Shown here piece by piece: positions 22,911 to 36,230 of a stretch of 53,167 nt of DNA (the first letter of the stretch is position 1; the number at the start of each line of letters is the position of its first letter). The translations under genes were made by a program, and so were the position numbers. Below the pieces are notes generated by a model. It saw nothing but the letters and a program-made list of their open reading frames with translations, was not told the DNA's origin and ran no database searches. Source of the DNA: Intoshia linei (lineage: Eukaryota; Animalia; Orthonectida); the NCBI GenBank assembly GCA_001642005.1, contig LWCA01000113.1:1-53167 (forward strand), in the 5' to 3' direction.

Positions 22911-24322
22911 AACAATTATAAACTGTACGCTGATAACAGTTTGGGAAGATTTGATAAATCGTTCCTCTGGTGCAGCCGACTTCAATTTGGACAAGATATT
23001 CAACAGCAAACCTCTAAAGTTTAGAGTCTAAATAAATGTTATGAAGAAAAAGATAAAATAAAATATGACAATGATGAATACCACATAATATGGAATATGA
23101 AAAAGTCATCAAGGTTTCTGACACCCTAAATTATAGGTGGTATTGGTTTGAGATAAGACATCAAAGTTAAAAAGGATGAATTCAATCATCAGTTACTCGT
23201 TTAAATGGCATTTGTGATCTTAAATACAAGTAACCTGAGTAGTCCTACATTATTCACCACAATTTTTCAATTACATAATCATCATATTACTTCAAAACGT
23301 ACCTGGATTCGGTGACAAGATCTCATCAGAAATGCTGATAACAAAGAAAATTATTACGTTCTTAAGGTCACTATTAATAGCCATCGATCACAGACAAGTT
23401 TCACGGAGCAGGTTTGACGGTTAAACACACGAAACATCATGAGTGGTTAAAGGTAACCAATATAACCACATTAAGTTCTGAGTCAAACCTATGTATGTCG
23501 GAGCTCCTTGTCTATGTCATGGAAATTATCTCTCTTCATCTACTAATCATATTTAACCTGTTTAAAAAGAATTCAATATAATTGTTGTAAAACAGGATTC
23601 ACCCGATTTCGTCAAAGTCTTTGTTGTTGTCAGTCAATTTGATTTCATGTAGTTCCAAAATACAAATGCCTGGTACAATATTACCCCGCTTTGGGGCACA
23701 CTCGATTTTTTGGCACTTTTTTAAAATTATGTTAATTTTATAGTATTTACATCGATGGCATAGCAATATATGTGAAATTAACCCCGCTTTTGGGGCAAAA
23801 ATGTTGTGAATATACATATATAAGTATAGTCCCCATAATGATGCCATTAAATTAAAATTATATTTATTTAAATATTTATCATAATTCATTAATTTTTCAT
23901 TCATGCCTATATTTTAATATCTGATAACTTATTAGTTACTATTTTAGATTAGAAAGTAATTAATTCTAAAAATATTTTTAATCTAGATTTGAGATTTTGA
24001 TTAAATTTTGTTTTACAGGTATTTAACCAAAAATCTAAAAAAACGGCGATAAATTAGTCTTAACGTGTATAAAATATATTTAAAGGTTTTATTACAAAAT
24101 TAAAAACAAATCCAATGTACAAATTTACAGTAATTAATCTAAAATAAATTTAAAAAATACAGTTTAAAAGAGTTACACTGCACAACAAACAAGAAAAAAA
24201 CATTATAAATTGTTATTTTGTGTGTATTTGTATACTTATTTGGTTCATCTTTGAAAAAGAATTCTTTACAAGCAGGGCCAGATCATCAGGGGTCTACTAT
24301 TCTAAATTAATAGGTCGCACTG

Positions 24323-26827
24323 TTAGAGTTATAATGTTCTATTTGACTTTTTGACAAAAATAATGTTTTTGATGAAAAATGTTGCAAATCATATCTTTTA
24401 CATTTTATCAACAAAATTAAGCTTGAAAACGTATTATTTTATAATATAACAAACATTTACTGGTTCAATTACTAAATCTCGACTTGATAATTCTTTACAA
24501 AATGATCAAATTCCTATTAAAAATAACCACAGATTCTAAAAAAGAAGGATATTATAAGTATGTTAATCAAAATTGACAATAAGTAAAGAATTTTATAATT
24601 TATACATATAAATTAATAAAAATGTTAAATATTAACAGTTTTTGCAATTTTTTCAAATCTAATAGACTGATTGTTTCATTAGTGAAATTTAAGTTCTGAA
24701 AAACACTTGTTTTTATTTTTATGGTACGAAACTTTTTAATATACTTTGAGAAATATTAACCAACCAAATTGTATAATTAAATTTAAATATAAAAATTATA
24801 TTTTAGTCTCCATATTATTTAATATAGTACTTTTAAACTTATTTCCAATTTTTATATACTATATTCCAATTTTTCATCTGTTCTAACTGTTGATCTTATA
24901 ATTTCCAATTGGGCAAGAGCTCGTTCCGATATTTCGTTCGTATAAATTACCTTCATGGGTTTTAACTTTACATTCCAATGCCTTTTTAGACATTGACTAG
25001 CGGTAACATATTTTCCATTTAAATAATTCGAAAGTTCACCCCAATCGGCGACTTCGGAATATCTAATATTAGTGTTATGATAATTTTCGATATATAAAAT
25101 AATATTAATAATTACCTACAATTAAATAAGCATTTTACCAAATATGAATAAATAAAATCACATGCCCAGACCATCTTAGCGTCTCTCATTCCTAAGAGAT
25201 ATACTTTAATAGCGTAAATTGCCTTTGTGTTCCATCTTGCATTAGATATAGGTCCTGGATATTTGAATGATATTTTTGGATTTTTTTTCAGATCGTTGAG
25301 TTAAACATTGGTGAGATCATATAACTCCAAATAATCATTTCTACATATACCTTCAATATTAATGATATTTTTAGTGTTTGTTGTTCCAACATAGTTATTT
25401 TTAAGGTTTTCAAAATTTGTTCGAACAAATAGAAATTTAATATTTTGACTTTCAATGTCATTTTTAAATATACATTTAAGAGTATGTTTGATAATTACAT
25501 CCAGAACGTGAAAGCGGCAGCCTTTATATATAATTGATTCATTTAATGATTTAATTTTAAGCATTGCTGGCCCATTTTTCTTTCCAGTATTGGCATACGT
25601 TGTATCACATATAATCATTTTGATTCTATGTACTCTTCAAGTATTTCAATTATGGCCACTTGAATAGTTTTACCTTTTCCATTTACTAATGTTTTAATAA
25701 AAATACAAAGGGATAATCCTTTATCTATATTACTTGACACACATACAACAAAACGCTCCACATATTTATTCAAGTTTTGATAACTTGGGGTTCTTTTTCC
25801 ATCAAAATATAGACATAAATCACTTTTAAATAATGTGAAAATATTTTTAATTTTAGACTTTATCATACTTAATTCTTTAAATGGTACCTTGAAAATGCCA
25901 CTTTTAAATGGTACATCTATTTCAGTTCGAATTGAAATTATTTTCTTTACTTAATAAACGGAAACAATTGTAGATAATGAGGCTTAAGCTAACTTCTCAT
26001 ATTTTATTGATTTAATTGTGGAAACTTTATGGAAGACAATAATTTTCATCGGAAAAATTGTCAAAATATGTTTCTACAATCGTATCAAAACGAAAATCAA
26101 AAATTTTTTTGTAATGGTTGTAGAGTTTGTAAATTGGATATGCAAAAACTACTAGATCACGCTTCACTTTCTCTATGAAAATCAATTTGCATTTGAAGAA
26201 AATTTTCATCTTCGTCAATTTTTATTTTTTATCATTAATATGTTATCCCAATTTTGTTCAAATTTTTGATGGTAGTTCGGATTTTGTTCATTAAATATCT
26301 AATTTTGACTTTTACCGATCATAATGGAATCGGTCCCAGAGTGCACTTTATTTATAAAGAATATAGTTCTATTGCAGTTTTATCACCGTAATAAAATTTT
26401 CGTTGTGAGTTATTTTCCATTTCTAAAAAATGATATCTTCCCATTACTTTTTTATACTAGGTAATCTCGATAAATTACTAAGCGGTTCACTAACCACAAC
26501 TCCATAAGGACGCGTCCACCTCATACTTTTTATAAATAATTAATTTTTAGATCTCGACATTTCAATTTTATATCATATATTATTAATTATAAAATTAATA
26601 AATAAATAAAATATTATATTAAAATAGTGTAATAAAGTATAGTTCACATTTTAAAAATAAAAATATCATAAGTGTTTTTAATTTCAGGGATTAATTTCAA
26701 GTAAATGAATTACTTTTCACATATTCGTGATCAGTGCATAAAAACACACCTATATGCAAATATACTTTTCGATCTTTAAAAAAGTGGACACCCTAATGTT
26801 TATGCAAATAGAACATTACAACTCTAA
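24323..26827 (-). mobile_element. 2.5-kb TIR DNA transposon fossil (hAT superfamily, hATm-like)
   Basis: 23-bp TIRs TTAGAGTTATAATGTTCTATTTG / CAAATAGAACATTACAACTCTAA (1 mismatch), with CACTG on both flanks and a degraded transposase inside. Confidence 0.8.
24860..26524 (-). pseudogene. Frameshifted DDE transposase (hAT-related)
   Basis: Motifs in order: LSRLPSIK, CLYFDGK, IICDTTYANTGKKNG, GCRFHVLD (CxxH), PGPISNARWNTKAIY and TNEISERA. Several stops and frameshifts. Confidence 0.8.
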
Positions 26828-27139
26828 CACTGCAAGGTATTGTTATAAATATTTTTCGTATGGTGGGGCAATTTTGTTACTCCAGATTGTTAGTAACAAA
26901 CAAAAAAGTGACAACAGATGAATTAAACAATGGATATAGAAACCGAAACTTTTTTCGTCTTCCTAATTTCAAAACATCTAAAACTAACGCAGATATATTA
27001 ATAGTGTTAAACCCAAATACTAAAATGTACTCATTCTACGAAATTTTTAAAAAACTCAGTTTAAAAACAATTTTATACTCTTGAATACAATATATCATTA
27101 AACGTTTGCAGTGTAACAAATAAAAATAAAAAATACATT

Positions 27140-28692
27140 TTAATTTGATTTTGCAGAAGCGCTCATAGAAACTATCTAAAAATAAAAATATTACAAAATT
27201 ACGTTATAATTATAATGCAAAATTACAGTGTCATCTGAATCTTTGTCGTTTACTCCATTGCATTCATGTGTAGAATTGTGCTAAATACAATAATGTATAT
27301 TTATAATTTAAATATAATGTCTAAATATTAAATAAAAAAAACCATATCGGGCGTAGAATCATCAGAGCTATCACTAGACAACGTACTGAATTGATCTGAA
27401 ATAAAAATGATTAATTAATTGTAAAAAATTAATTTACGTACCTATTAAAACATCACCGCCATTTGAAATACATTTTCCATCTTTATTAGATACAAGTTCT
27501 CGTATACAACTCAAAAGTTTAGCTTCTTTGACAAAATTTCTATCTAGCTTTTTAACTTTGCTAGGTTTAAAGATACAGGTCAATTTTTCCAAGTGCCGGT
27601 TTTTGTATCTAATGATAAAATTATACAATGTTTTTTTAATAATACTGGTATCTTTCGAAATTTTTTTTTGGAATGGGTAGAGTTTTATACTCTTCTTCTG
27701 GTAAAGACAACAAATACTGCTTGTACACATTTTTTCTACGAGCAATTTGTTTCAAGCGATTACGTCGTCGTTGTTTATGTCGATATATTCTAACTATAGA
27801 CCACTTTAATCTATTTTCAAGGTCCAGCATTTGGGAGGTAGAAACACATTCATTAGAATCTGATGAATTTGTAACTGTTTCAGATTGAGAAATTCCATTC
27901 GAGTATATAGGGTTCATGCACTCTAGTTTGGATATTATGGATTCAGCGTCATTATCAAATAGCTAAAAATAAACAGTTGATGTGAAATGAACAAAATAAA
28001 AATTACCCTCTCATAATCATCTCGATACGGCATAAATCTTAGGTGACTGCGATCACTCGCAGTCAAATCGTGTTGAACACGATTTTGTTGAATATCTAGA
28101 AATTGAGATTCACTTTTTTCACATTTCCCGATAGTATGATCAATTATATTAGGTTTTTCCTTTGCTATATAATTATTACAGAAACAAATTTTAATAAAAT
28201 TACACAATGTCAATTTTCCAATAGCTCCAAATATATAATGTGTTAAATAGTGTCTTTCACATTCTAAATTAATTCATTGTTTAAATTATATAAATAAATT
28301 TGTTACCGTTATTTGTTCGGTCATTCCCGATATTGGTAGCTATAGCTGACCAATTTCCTAACCCAAAACGTTCAATGCTATCCAACAGTTTTAACTCTTC
28401 GTCTTTACTCCACGAACGGGATTCATAAAATATAGCTTCGTTGGCGGTATTCTACATTGCCAAATTATTTATAATTAATAAATTATTTGATAAAAATAAT
28501 ACCCGTATTTTATAAGGATGGTTGTTATCGTGCATACCTATTTTAACACCAAGAGAAAAGCACTAAATAAAATTAGCAAAATTAATATTTTTAAACCATC
28601 AAGCACAGTTGAATCGCGTCGCATTCTGTACATTCTATCCAAAGGTTGTTTAAACCGGCAAAACAATAATAGCATTTGTTTTTAACTGACAT
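27140..28692 (-). CDS. TADA2B: Transcriptional adapter 2-beta (Ada2b; ZZ finger, SANT, ADA boxes)
   Basis: Spliced reading: MSVKNKCYYCFAGL..ECTECDAIQLCLMCFSLG..HDNNHPY (ZZ), WSKDEELKLLDSIERFGLGNW (SANT), IIDHT, FMPYRDDYERLFDNDAESIIS, RRRNRLKQIAR and KEAKLLSCIRELV. Introns are short (e.g. 34, 37, 39 bp). An alternative 16-bp first exon at 28739-28754 is also in frame. Confidence 0.88.
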
Positions 28693-29236
28693 AGTCAATA
28701 TAAATCATTTTATTCAGTTACAATAAAGGTGAAATTACTTGGTAACGAATACATTTTAATTTCAAGTTAAATTAACTTCGACAACAAAATTAAACATTTT
28801 GAATGTAACAACTGTATAATTAATATTACAATAGCCAACTACAATATTTCAAATAAATATACAATAGAGGTTAAAAAACTTGCAAATAATATTTTCTCCC
28901 GGCATGTTTCAAATTATGGTACTCACTAAAGAAATTATTGATATATTGTCTTCATCCAGATCAATGGTTCACAAAATTTATATACCCAGCCAATGATCTT
29001 TGTACTATTAAGTACTAAGGCGATCCCTCCATGAATTGAATACCATTTAAAAAAACTTTTGTGCAGTCCAGTCTTAAAAAAATAAAGAAATACTGATGAG
29101 TATTTCAAGTTTCCCCTGATCTTGACTTGATTTCGACAATGCAGCAGTCTTTTTCTAAAATTTCGTAGATTTATGTTTCTGGAACTACTGAATTAAAGCA
29201 ACAGCTGAAAGTTAATAATGTACAATAAACGCGAAA

Positions 29237-32200
29237 CTACGATTTATTTTCATTATATACAGTTTTTTGGCATTTGAGATTATATATAACATCGTGTAGT
29301 GATGTTTCCTGCTTTTTCTCTACTGGTATATTTACACAGACTAGATCACTTGGTTCTGAATCGAAAAATGTTAAATTTTCATACGAAACCAGTTGTCTCT
29401 TGGTATCTTTATATGGAGTACTAGTATACTGAGACGATTGATTAGAGTCACCATTTTCATTAATTTCTTTATCCTTGTATTTATCATTTAGTTTTGACAA
29501 ATCTTTTAAATTAAACGCATAAGATTTAACTTTCTCATTGAAACTTAAATTAACAGGATCGTTTTCTTTAATCACATTCAAAAAGTCAGACATTTTTTGT
29601 TTAACATTTCTGTTTCTTCTTTTTCGAACTCTACTCCTTAACGGAGTTATGAGACCCATGCTATTAATACCAATTTTTCCTTGCACGTTTTCATGTTTAT
29701 TTTTTGATTTAGAAATTAATTTGATATCTTTTAAGTCCTTCCAATTTCTTGTTACCTAATAATATGGATTTGATAATATAATTGAATCAACAATGTTATT
29801 AAATGTCATTAATTTTGATATTTTGTAATAGATTCAATATTTAAATCAGGATGTTCAAAAGTCGTCAAGATTCATGAGTCTTGGCCATGAAAATTATTGA
29901 GGGGTTCATGGAGTCACAAAAAATTTCACTTTATTTTCTTCAAAGTAAAATATATATATGTATTATTTATTTTTTGGGGTCCATACCTAAAAAATTTTGC
30001 AAACATTTTCTGATTTAAATAATTACATATTGCATACCAATACCTACTATCCTTTTACGTAAATTACACAGTTCAACACTGAAAAATCTTCCGCTCCAAA
30101 AACACGTTTAAAATAAAATATAAATGATCATAAAGTATTTCCAAAAATTTTGTCCTACAGTTTTCGTTATAAATATAAGATAACTTTAGGTGTATTTATA
30201 TTTTCTTAACTTTTAAGTTTTATATGATGTAAATAAAAATTTTTCCGTGATTTTGGATATAGTTTAAAATGTACTATACTAAATCTTCTATAATGTGAAG
30301 TGTTTCGTTCCGAGTGTGTTCTTTATCATATTAAAAAAATTAAATCTTGATATGTCCTGGAAACATGATCAGTAGGGGTCATGCCAGTTTTTTCTTGGTT
30401 CTCATTAGAAATTCGTATTTTTGAGTGTGGGATAATGTTCAACAACTTGGAAATACTAGTTAGTCATAAATTATATTGAAAACGAATATATAACTACATA
30501 TGACATACATAATTTTTATCATATACGCCCTCATAATTATTAAAGTACTACAAAATATCTAATTTCTTTTTATATTGATTTTTTTCAATTTATCTATCAA
30601 TCTAAACAAAAATATCCTTGGAGGACGAAAGAATGTTGTATTTTGTTGAACTGTGTTATATACGATTTATCAATAAATAATGTCACCTGCTTTTCTTCTT
30701 CAGCATTATAATTTGGTTCTCCTTGAACATATAGTCTTTTGTCTATAAAATATACAATAAAAAATTCATTAATCTAAATATATACAAAATACTAAATGTA
30801 TATGTTACAGGCAATTTGAAAATTTGAATTATTAGTCACGTTGCTATTTAACCTAATTAATTAGAGTAAAATAAGAGATTAAAAATACACAAAATTAAAT
30901 ATAAATATACAATTGAATTGGATAAAAAAATATTCTCTGGTGTAAAAACCCTAGAATATTTTTAATTTTTTTGTAAAATGGTTTGTAGGTAAAAAATTAA
31001 TCTTAATATTTCAGTTGTAACTGGGTCTGTAATCTAAATAACTAATTTAAACTAAGCTTTAGTTACTAAAGCTGACTCTAAATCTCACTCTCCAAATCTT
31101 AAATTAAGAAAATAATGAATGCGTTTAACAGATTTTGTTAAACTAAGCTTTAGTTACCAAAGTTTGCTCTATAGACAATTAATCTTCACAAATATAATTT
31201 TCACATTGCCTGTAACATATGTGAGTGAATTAATTCGAAATTATAATGAAAATTTAAAATACTTTATCTAACGAGATTCTGCTAGTTGTACTTGTAATCA
31301 GGTCAAATTATTAATGTATTCCAATAATTCACTTTATTACACTAACAATTGACGCCGAATGTGAGTATAGTCGGTTTAAAATATTAATTAAAGTCTTAAG
31401 TTGATAGTAATATTAGCAATATATACGGAAACCATATAACTTTTTTATAAAGGTATAAATATTTTGTAAAAATAGGCTCAAAAAACTATTATAATCGATT
31501 TAAATTGACACGATTTCATCCTAACTGCGATACGGGCATCTTTAAACTGATTTTTTTACCTTGATTACTAATAAAATTAAAAATTACCAATCTCTAAATC
31601 AATTTCATCTCCTCTACAACTAACAACAATAGCTTTTTTTAAGTTTGACATTTTAGGTATTCCATGAATTAAATCCAATTCCTAGAATCATACAACTAGC
31701 ATAAAATCAAAGTTAAATAAACCTTAAATGCTATCCTATCGCCTATTGAAGGGACTTGTACGACGTTTGGTAAATGAGAAGCATCTGTGTTCTAAATACA
31801 AAATTACAAATAAATTGTTAAGTCATTCAAAATAATTGCAGAAATTAGACTTGTTATTAACATAATAATTATGTATTTAATTTTTGATAATCAGATCGGG
31901 CAACCTAATTTTCCAATTAAGTATCTTAAATACAAACATCACAAATAGAAAAAATGTTTGCTTATTAAGAATTTAATGCTGATCAATATCCAATTTAAAT
32001 TTTATGAATCGGTTGTGAAAATCAAATCTTACAGATCGAAATACATTTTTTAAAAAAATATGGTCGTGCATAGGTTTTGAGCACCCATTTTAAAACCTTT
32101 TAAAAATAAATTTAAAGTTGTACAAATTAAAAAATTAAAAAAATAATTTATTTAATAATTAAAATAAATTAAAAAAACATACATAATAGATTTAATATTT

Positions 32201-34600
32201 TGTAGGTCTCCTTGCTCTTAATAACAGAGCCAATTCTATTAGACAACGAATCATACAAATTTTTAATCCGGATATCTTCAATTTCATAAAACTCTTCTTA
32301 GTAACAACCCAATGCTCGTATATTGTTTTTGGAGCCCTTATTTTGATCCTTGCCTACAGGTCTTCCCAGTAATGTTCAATTATGTTGAGATTAGGACTTT
32401 GTGCAGACCAATTTGGTAACAAATCACTAGATTGCGTTTCAAAAAAGAGAGTAGTGCTTCGAAAAGTATGACAGCTAGCCCATCTTGTTGCAACATATAT
32501 TAAGGAGGGTACAGAATTGGTAGAGCTTCCAACATTACCCTTTGGTATTCAGCAGAATTCATGTTACCATTCACTTTAATGATATATCTGCTACCATCAG
32601 ATCGAATACCAGCCCATACCATAATTGAAGGTAAAAACTTAACGGTAGGAGTGATATATTTTGAATTGAATTTACAATTTTTTGGTCTTCTGACATATGA
32701 TATGGATATTGATCAAAATAAGCAAAATTTTTATCTATTGATGATGTCAATATTTAAGATAATTTATTGTTAAATTAGAAAATTTGGATATACATGCTCA
32801 AAACATTTGCACGGTACTGTATATGAATTATAATTTTTACATTCCTGAAAAAAGTAGTTAAAGGATTAATTAATATTTAAATATTAATATTAATACCTGC
32901 TATTTTTGAAGTTACACATAATTAAACTAATACATGTATATAAAGTTGTCAAATGTATGTCAAGTTGATTCACATATAAATAAATGACCATTATTGTATA
33001 AAATCAAATAATTATTGTCTAATTTGTGACTTACGTCTAATAAAATCAAAAAAATCTTACTCTATAAAATGTGAACCATTTCGTGTTAAACCATTATGAT
33101 AATTCTTTATGGTGGATTTTAAATTTTGTCTATTTGTTAATTATTAAAATTTAATTAAAAAAAAATCTAGATGATTAATAATTTTGTGTGATGGGATTAT
33201 ATTTATGTCTTCTCGTGTAGATTGTACTATAAAAAAGTATCCCAAAAATTCTTTAAAAAACATGATTAGGGTAAATTTTGTTCTTTTTTTTTAAAAATAA
33301 TTTTATAATTGAAATTTTTATAGTTTTATGAAATTGTGTTAATTTAATTTTGTTTTTAAAAAATATTAGTTACCCAAAATAGTTCACTTAATGATTTAAA
33401 ATATGCAATAATTTTTTTTATAAAAAAATATTAATGATATTCTTACGGTAACTAGTAGATAGATTTCCATCTATCTTTCATAATATACATTTTGCAATTC
33501 GGTCAATCATTTAAAAATAAAACCTAGCAGAAATTTTTTTAAAACTGTAAAAATGTTGTGCTATTGTAATATTTGTAATTTTGGGCCACATTTTTTCAAA
33601 TTGAGTATTAAACATGATATTCTTGAATATCAACTATTTTGTTAGATAAATTTAAAATGTCAAGTCAAGAATCTTAGGTAGGTGGCTGGGAGCTATATGA
33701 CACTACGCATCGATTGTGAAAAAATTTTTTTGACCCATTTTACATTTTCGGGATTCCCCGGATGGTAGATTCGGGTCTGCTATGATTGTAATGGGCTCCA
33801 TAAGTTCATATGATAAAATTGGTAATAATAAACCAAAAAAATTTACCTCTATAATAATTGACTCGTTTCCGCAAGAAACATTCACATTCTTGATATCTGT
33901 GTTATGGTGTTGGATGTGATTTATACCAAATGAAACAGATTTACGCTTCGGTAGTTGTTTCTGTCTTTTCAAAAATTTTTCAACAGTTATGTATTTGTGG
34001 TAATGTGTTGAATCATTAAAATCATCAGATACATAGTTATTATCAACAACAATATCTGTAATCTCTTCTGGTTCTGTTTTGTTTGAAATTTCTGAATCTT
34101 TAATTTCGTTTCCATCAAATTTTAATTTAAAACTTAAACAAAAAAAATAAATAATTAGTAATTATTTAATTTATTACAGTAGATTACCAAACTTAAACAA
34201 AATATAATATTATTTATTGACAACCAATTATAGTAACTCACCGTTGATTGAGTTTAATCCCTTACTATCCCAATTTTCAGAATAATAAAAACACTAATTA
34301 TTAAAAGATGAATGATGGGATTCCCAACATACGAGAGGATGGGAGGGAAAGATATATACATTACATTGAAAATAAATTATCGTTTAAGTTTGGTATGCCA
34401 TAATTACTCATCAATAATTTCTTCACATACTTGACTACTTTCTAATATTCTAAATTTTAGAATATTATATTTATTAATATCATAAATAAATGACTTATTC
34501 GTATATAGTGATTGTAATAATAAATGAAATAATGTGTTATAAAAATTTAACACAAGAAATATTGACGACGGGATAAATACAAAACGAGCCAATATTTTAG
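29237..34600 (-). CDS. COIL: Coilin-like protein (Tudor-like domain exons clear; N-terminal exons uncertain)
   Basis: Exons 33847-34132, 31723-31791, 31588-31681, 30687-30742 and 29237-29755 give NESIIIE-NTDASHLP..PSIGDRIAFK-ELDLIHGIPKMSNLKKA..IDLEI..VTRNWKDLKDIKLI. This resembles the coilin pattern P.VG.KIAFK.LEL..P..S..K..W..L.D.+L. Weaker YWLVLYLSR / VVKYVKKLLMSNYG segments near 34390-34600 resemble the coilin N-terminal domain. Confidence 0.62.
30803..31217. mobile_element. 415-bp TIR element in a coilin intron
   Basis: TGTTACAGGCAATTTGAAAATT / AATTTTCACATTGCCTGTAACA (1 mismatch), TA on both flanks, and an internal direct repeat AACTAAGCTTTAGTTAC at ~31050 and ~31141. Confidence 0.7.
32190..32830 (-). 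pseudogene. Tc1-family transposase fragment
   Basis: Minus strand PTVKFLPSIMVWAGIRSDG, QQDG and LPNWSAQSPNLNIIEHYWEDL* (WPxxSPDLNPIE motif), with stops. Confidence 0.85.
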
Positions 34601-34657
34601 GAAATATAATTTAAACAATATATTAGAAATGTATTCAGCAAAATTATAAGAAAACTA

Positions 34658-34911
34658 CAGTATTCTCTTTATAACTCGCCATTCTTAGGATTTAGAAAAA
34701 GAAGGCGAGAAAGAGAATTTAAAACTATATAAACAGCAGATAAAACCTTTAAATTAAAGGTTAAATTGCAAAAAAATGTAAATTGTAATACAAATTGTAA
34801 AATTTAATACAAAATAACTAAACTTATTTTGAAAAATGATTTTAAACCTTTTAGTTTATATTTTAAATTAATGGTAAGTTATAGAGTTGACGAGTTGTGG
34901 AGAGAATACTG
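34658..34911. mobile_element. Complete pogo/Tigger-like MITE, 254 bp
   Basis: TA|CAGTATTCTCTTTATAACTCG ... CGAGTTGTGGAGAGAATACTG|TA. Confidence 0.82.
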
Positions 34912-36230
34912 TATTTTGAATCAAAATTAGGACCGTCAAAAAATATTAAGTTTTTAAATTTAAAAATCAAGAGAAAGCATGAATAAATGTTATAAAATAA
35001 TCAAAGAGAAAAGATAAACAAGATTAAAATGAATTACTCGACGTTTTCATCTTCATATGATTTTACTTCGCTAATGGGTAAAGAATTAACTTTATAATCA
35101 ACATTTTCTAAAAAATAATGAATAAAATAGACAACGTAAATTCAACCCAATTTAATTTTAATGTAACTTTTACGATGATTATATCTAAGAATTCTTCCGG
35201 TCTAAATATCAATTATATATGGATATTTATCTACAATTACAAGGTTAATGTTTGTAAACTGTTCAATATTTTCCAATTTCTAATAAAAACTAATTACTAT
35301 CATAAAAAGGTAAATTACAGATAAATTTATTAGCTTCCCTACTTGAAGTAAATTTTGAAGATTTGGTATAACCATTTTAAATAAAAGTTTGCATCAATTT
35401 GAAATTAATAAATTATTTTTCAAACTAAATTAAATTTATTGTTTTATAACTTCCCAAGAATTATTGCGACTCCAAATTAGTCTCCAATTGGAAATTTAAA
35501 GTAAAATCAAACTACACTGGGTCATATTGTTATTACTATATATCTATTCCTTCAAAATGTAACATTTTCAATCATTCCCATATAATGCGCCTTGCAAAGC
35601 GCATTGTACTGTCTACTATGTTTGTATAATTATATAACTTAAAATTATAACCTCATCATGATCATGATCATCATGATAAGTAGTTCTTAAGTATTTTTGT
35701 ATATAACAATTTTCAAAAATATGCCCACTACACTGAAATATATTCTGTAATATTTTCAAGTTTGAAAAACTCTCAATGATACAATGAAAAGATAAGATTT
35801 GTTATTAGCAATAGAAAAATGGTTCTCAATTGATTATTAAATTGTGTGACAATTAAGATAAATTGACTTAAATGTTTTTGATTTCAGATCATGCGACAAT
35901 ACGGTATAGTCATTTGTAAATGATTAACACATTTGTATACCAAAGTGCATATTTAGTTCAATAATGAACGACGCAAATGTGACAATGTTTCCAAGTAGAC
36001 ATACAATTTATATGAGTAATGTTTGAATAACAAAAAACTAGTTTTATTTTACAATATTGTTAACAATATAAAATGTTTATTAAAAATGTACATTCATTAA
36101 AGTTGAAAGATAATTCCGGTTTAATATAATATGCAACATTAAAATATTTCTTTATTCACAATAGTGGACAATTGAATCATTTTCTTAAATTAATTGTAAA
36201 TATGTACAAATTGATTTATATTTAAATCTA

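Noticed and set aside
23071-23121. C/D box snoRNA-like ATGATGA...CTGA
   Set aside because: Only ~50 nt, no terminal stem and no recognisable guide
27610-27670. Apparent frameshift at a poly-A run in TADA2B (two overlapping ORFs)
   Set aside because: A 37-bp GT-AG intron (GTATTATT...CATTAG) joins RYQ to YKNRHLE in frame, so no programmed frameshift is needed
30910-31032. Acceptor-bounded segment as a coilin exon
   Set aside because: It lies inside a TIR element and has a stop in the required phase; the flanking exons join without it
33703-33846. 3' part of ORF 33703-33972 as coding sequence
   Set aside because: It reads through the donor at 33847/33846 into the intron and ends in a dispersed repeat shared with ~6491-6576
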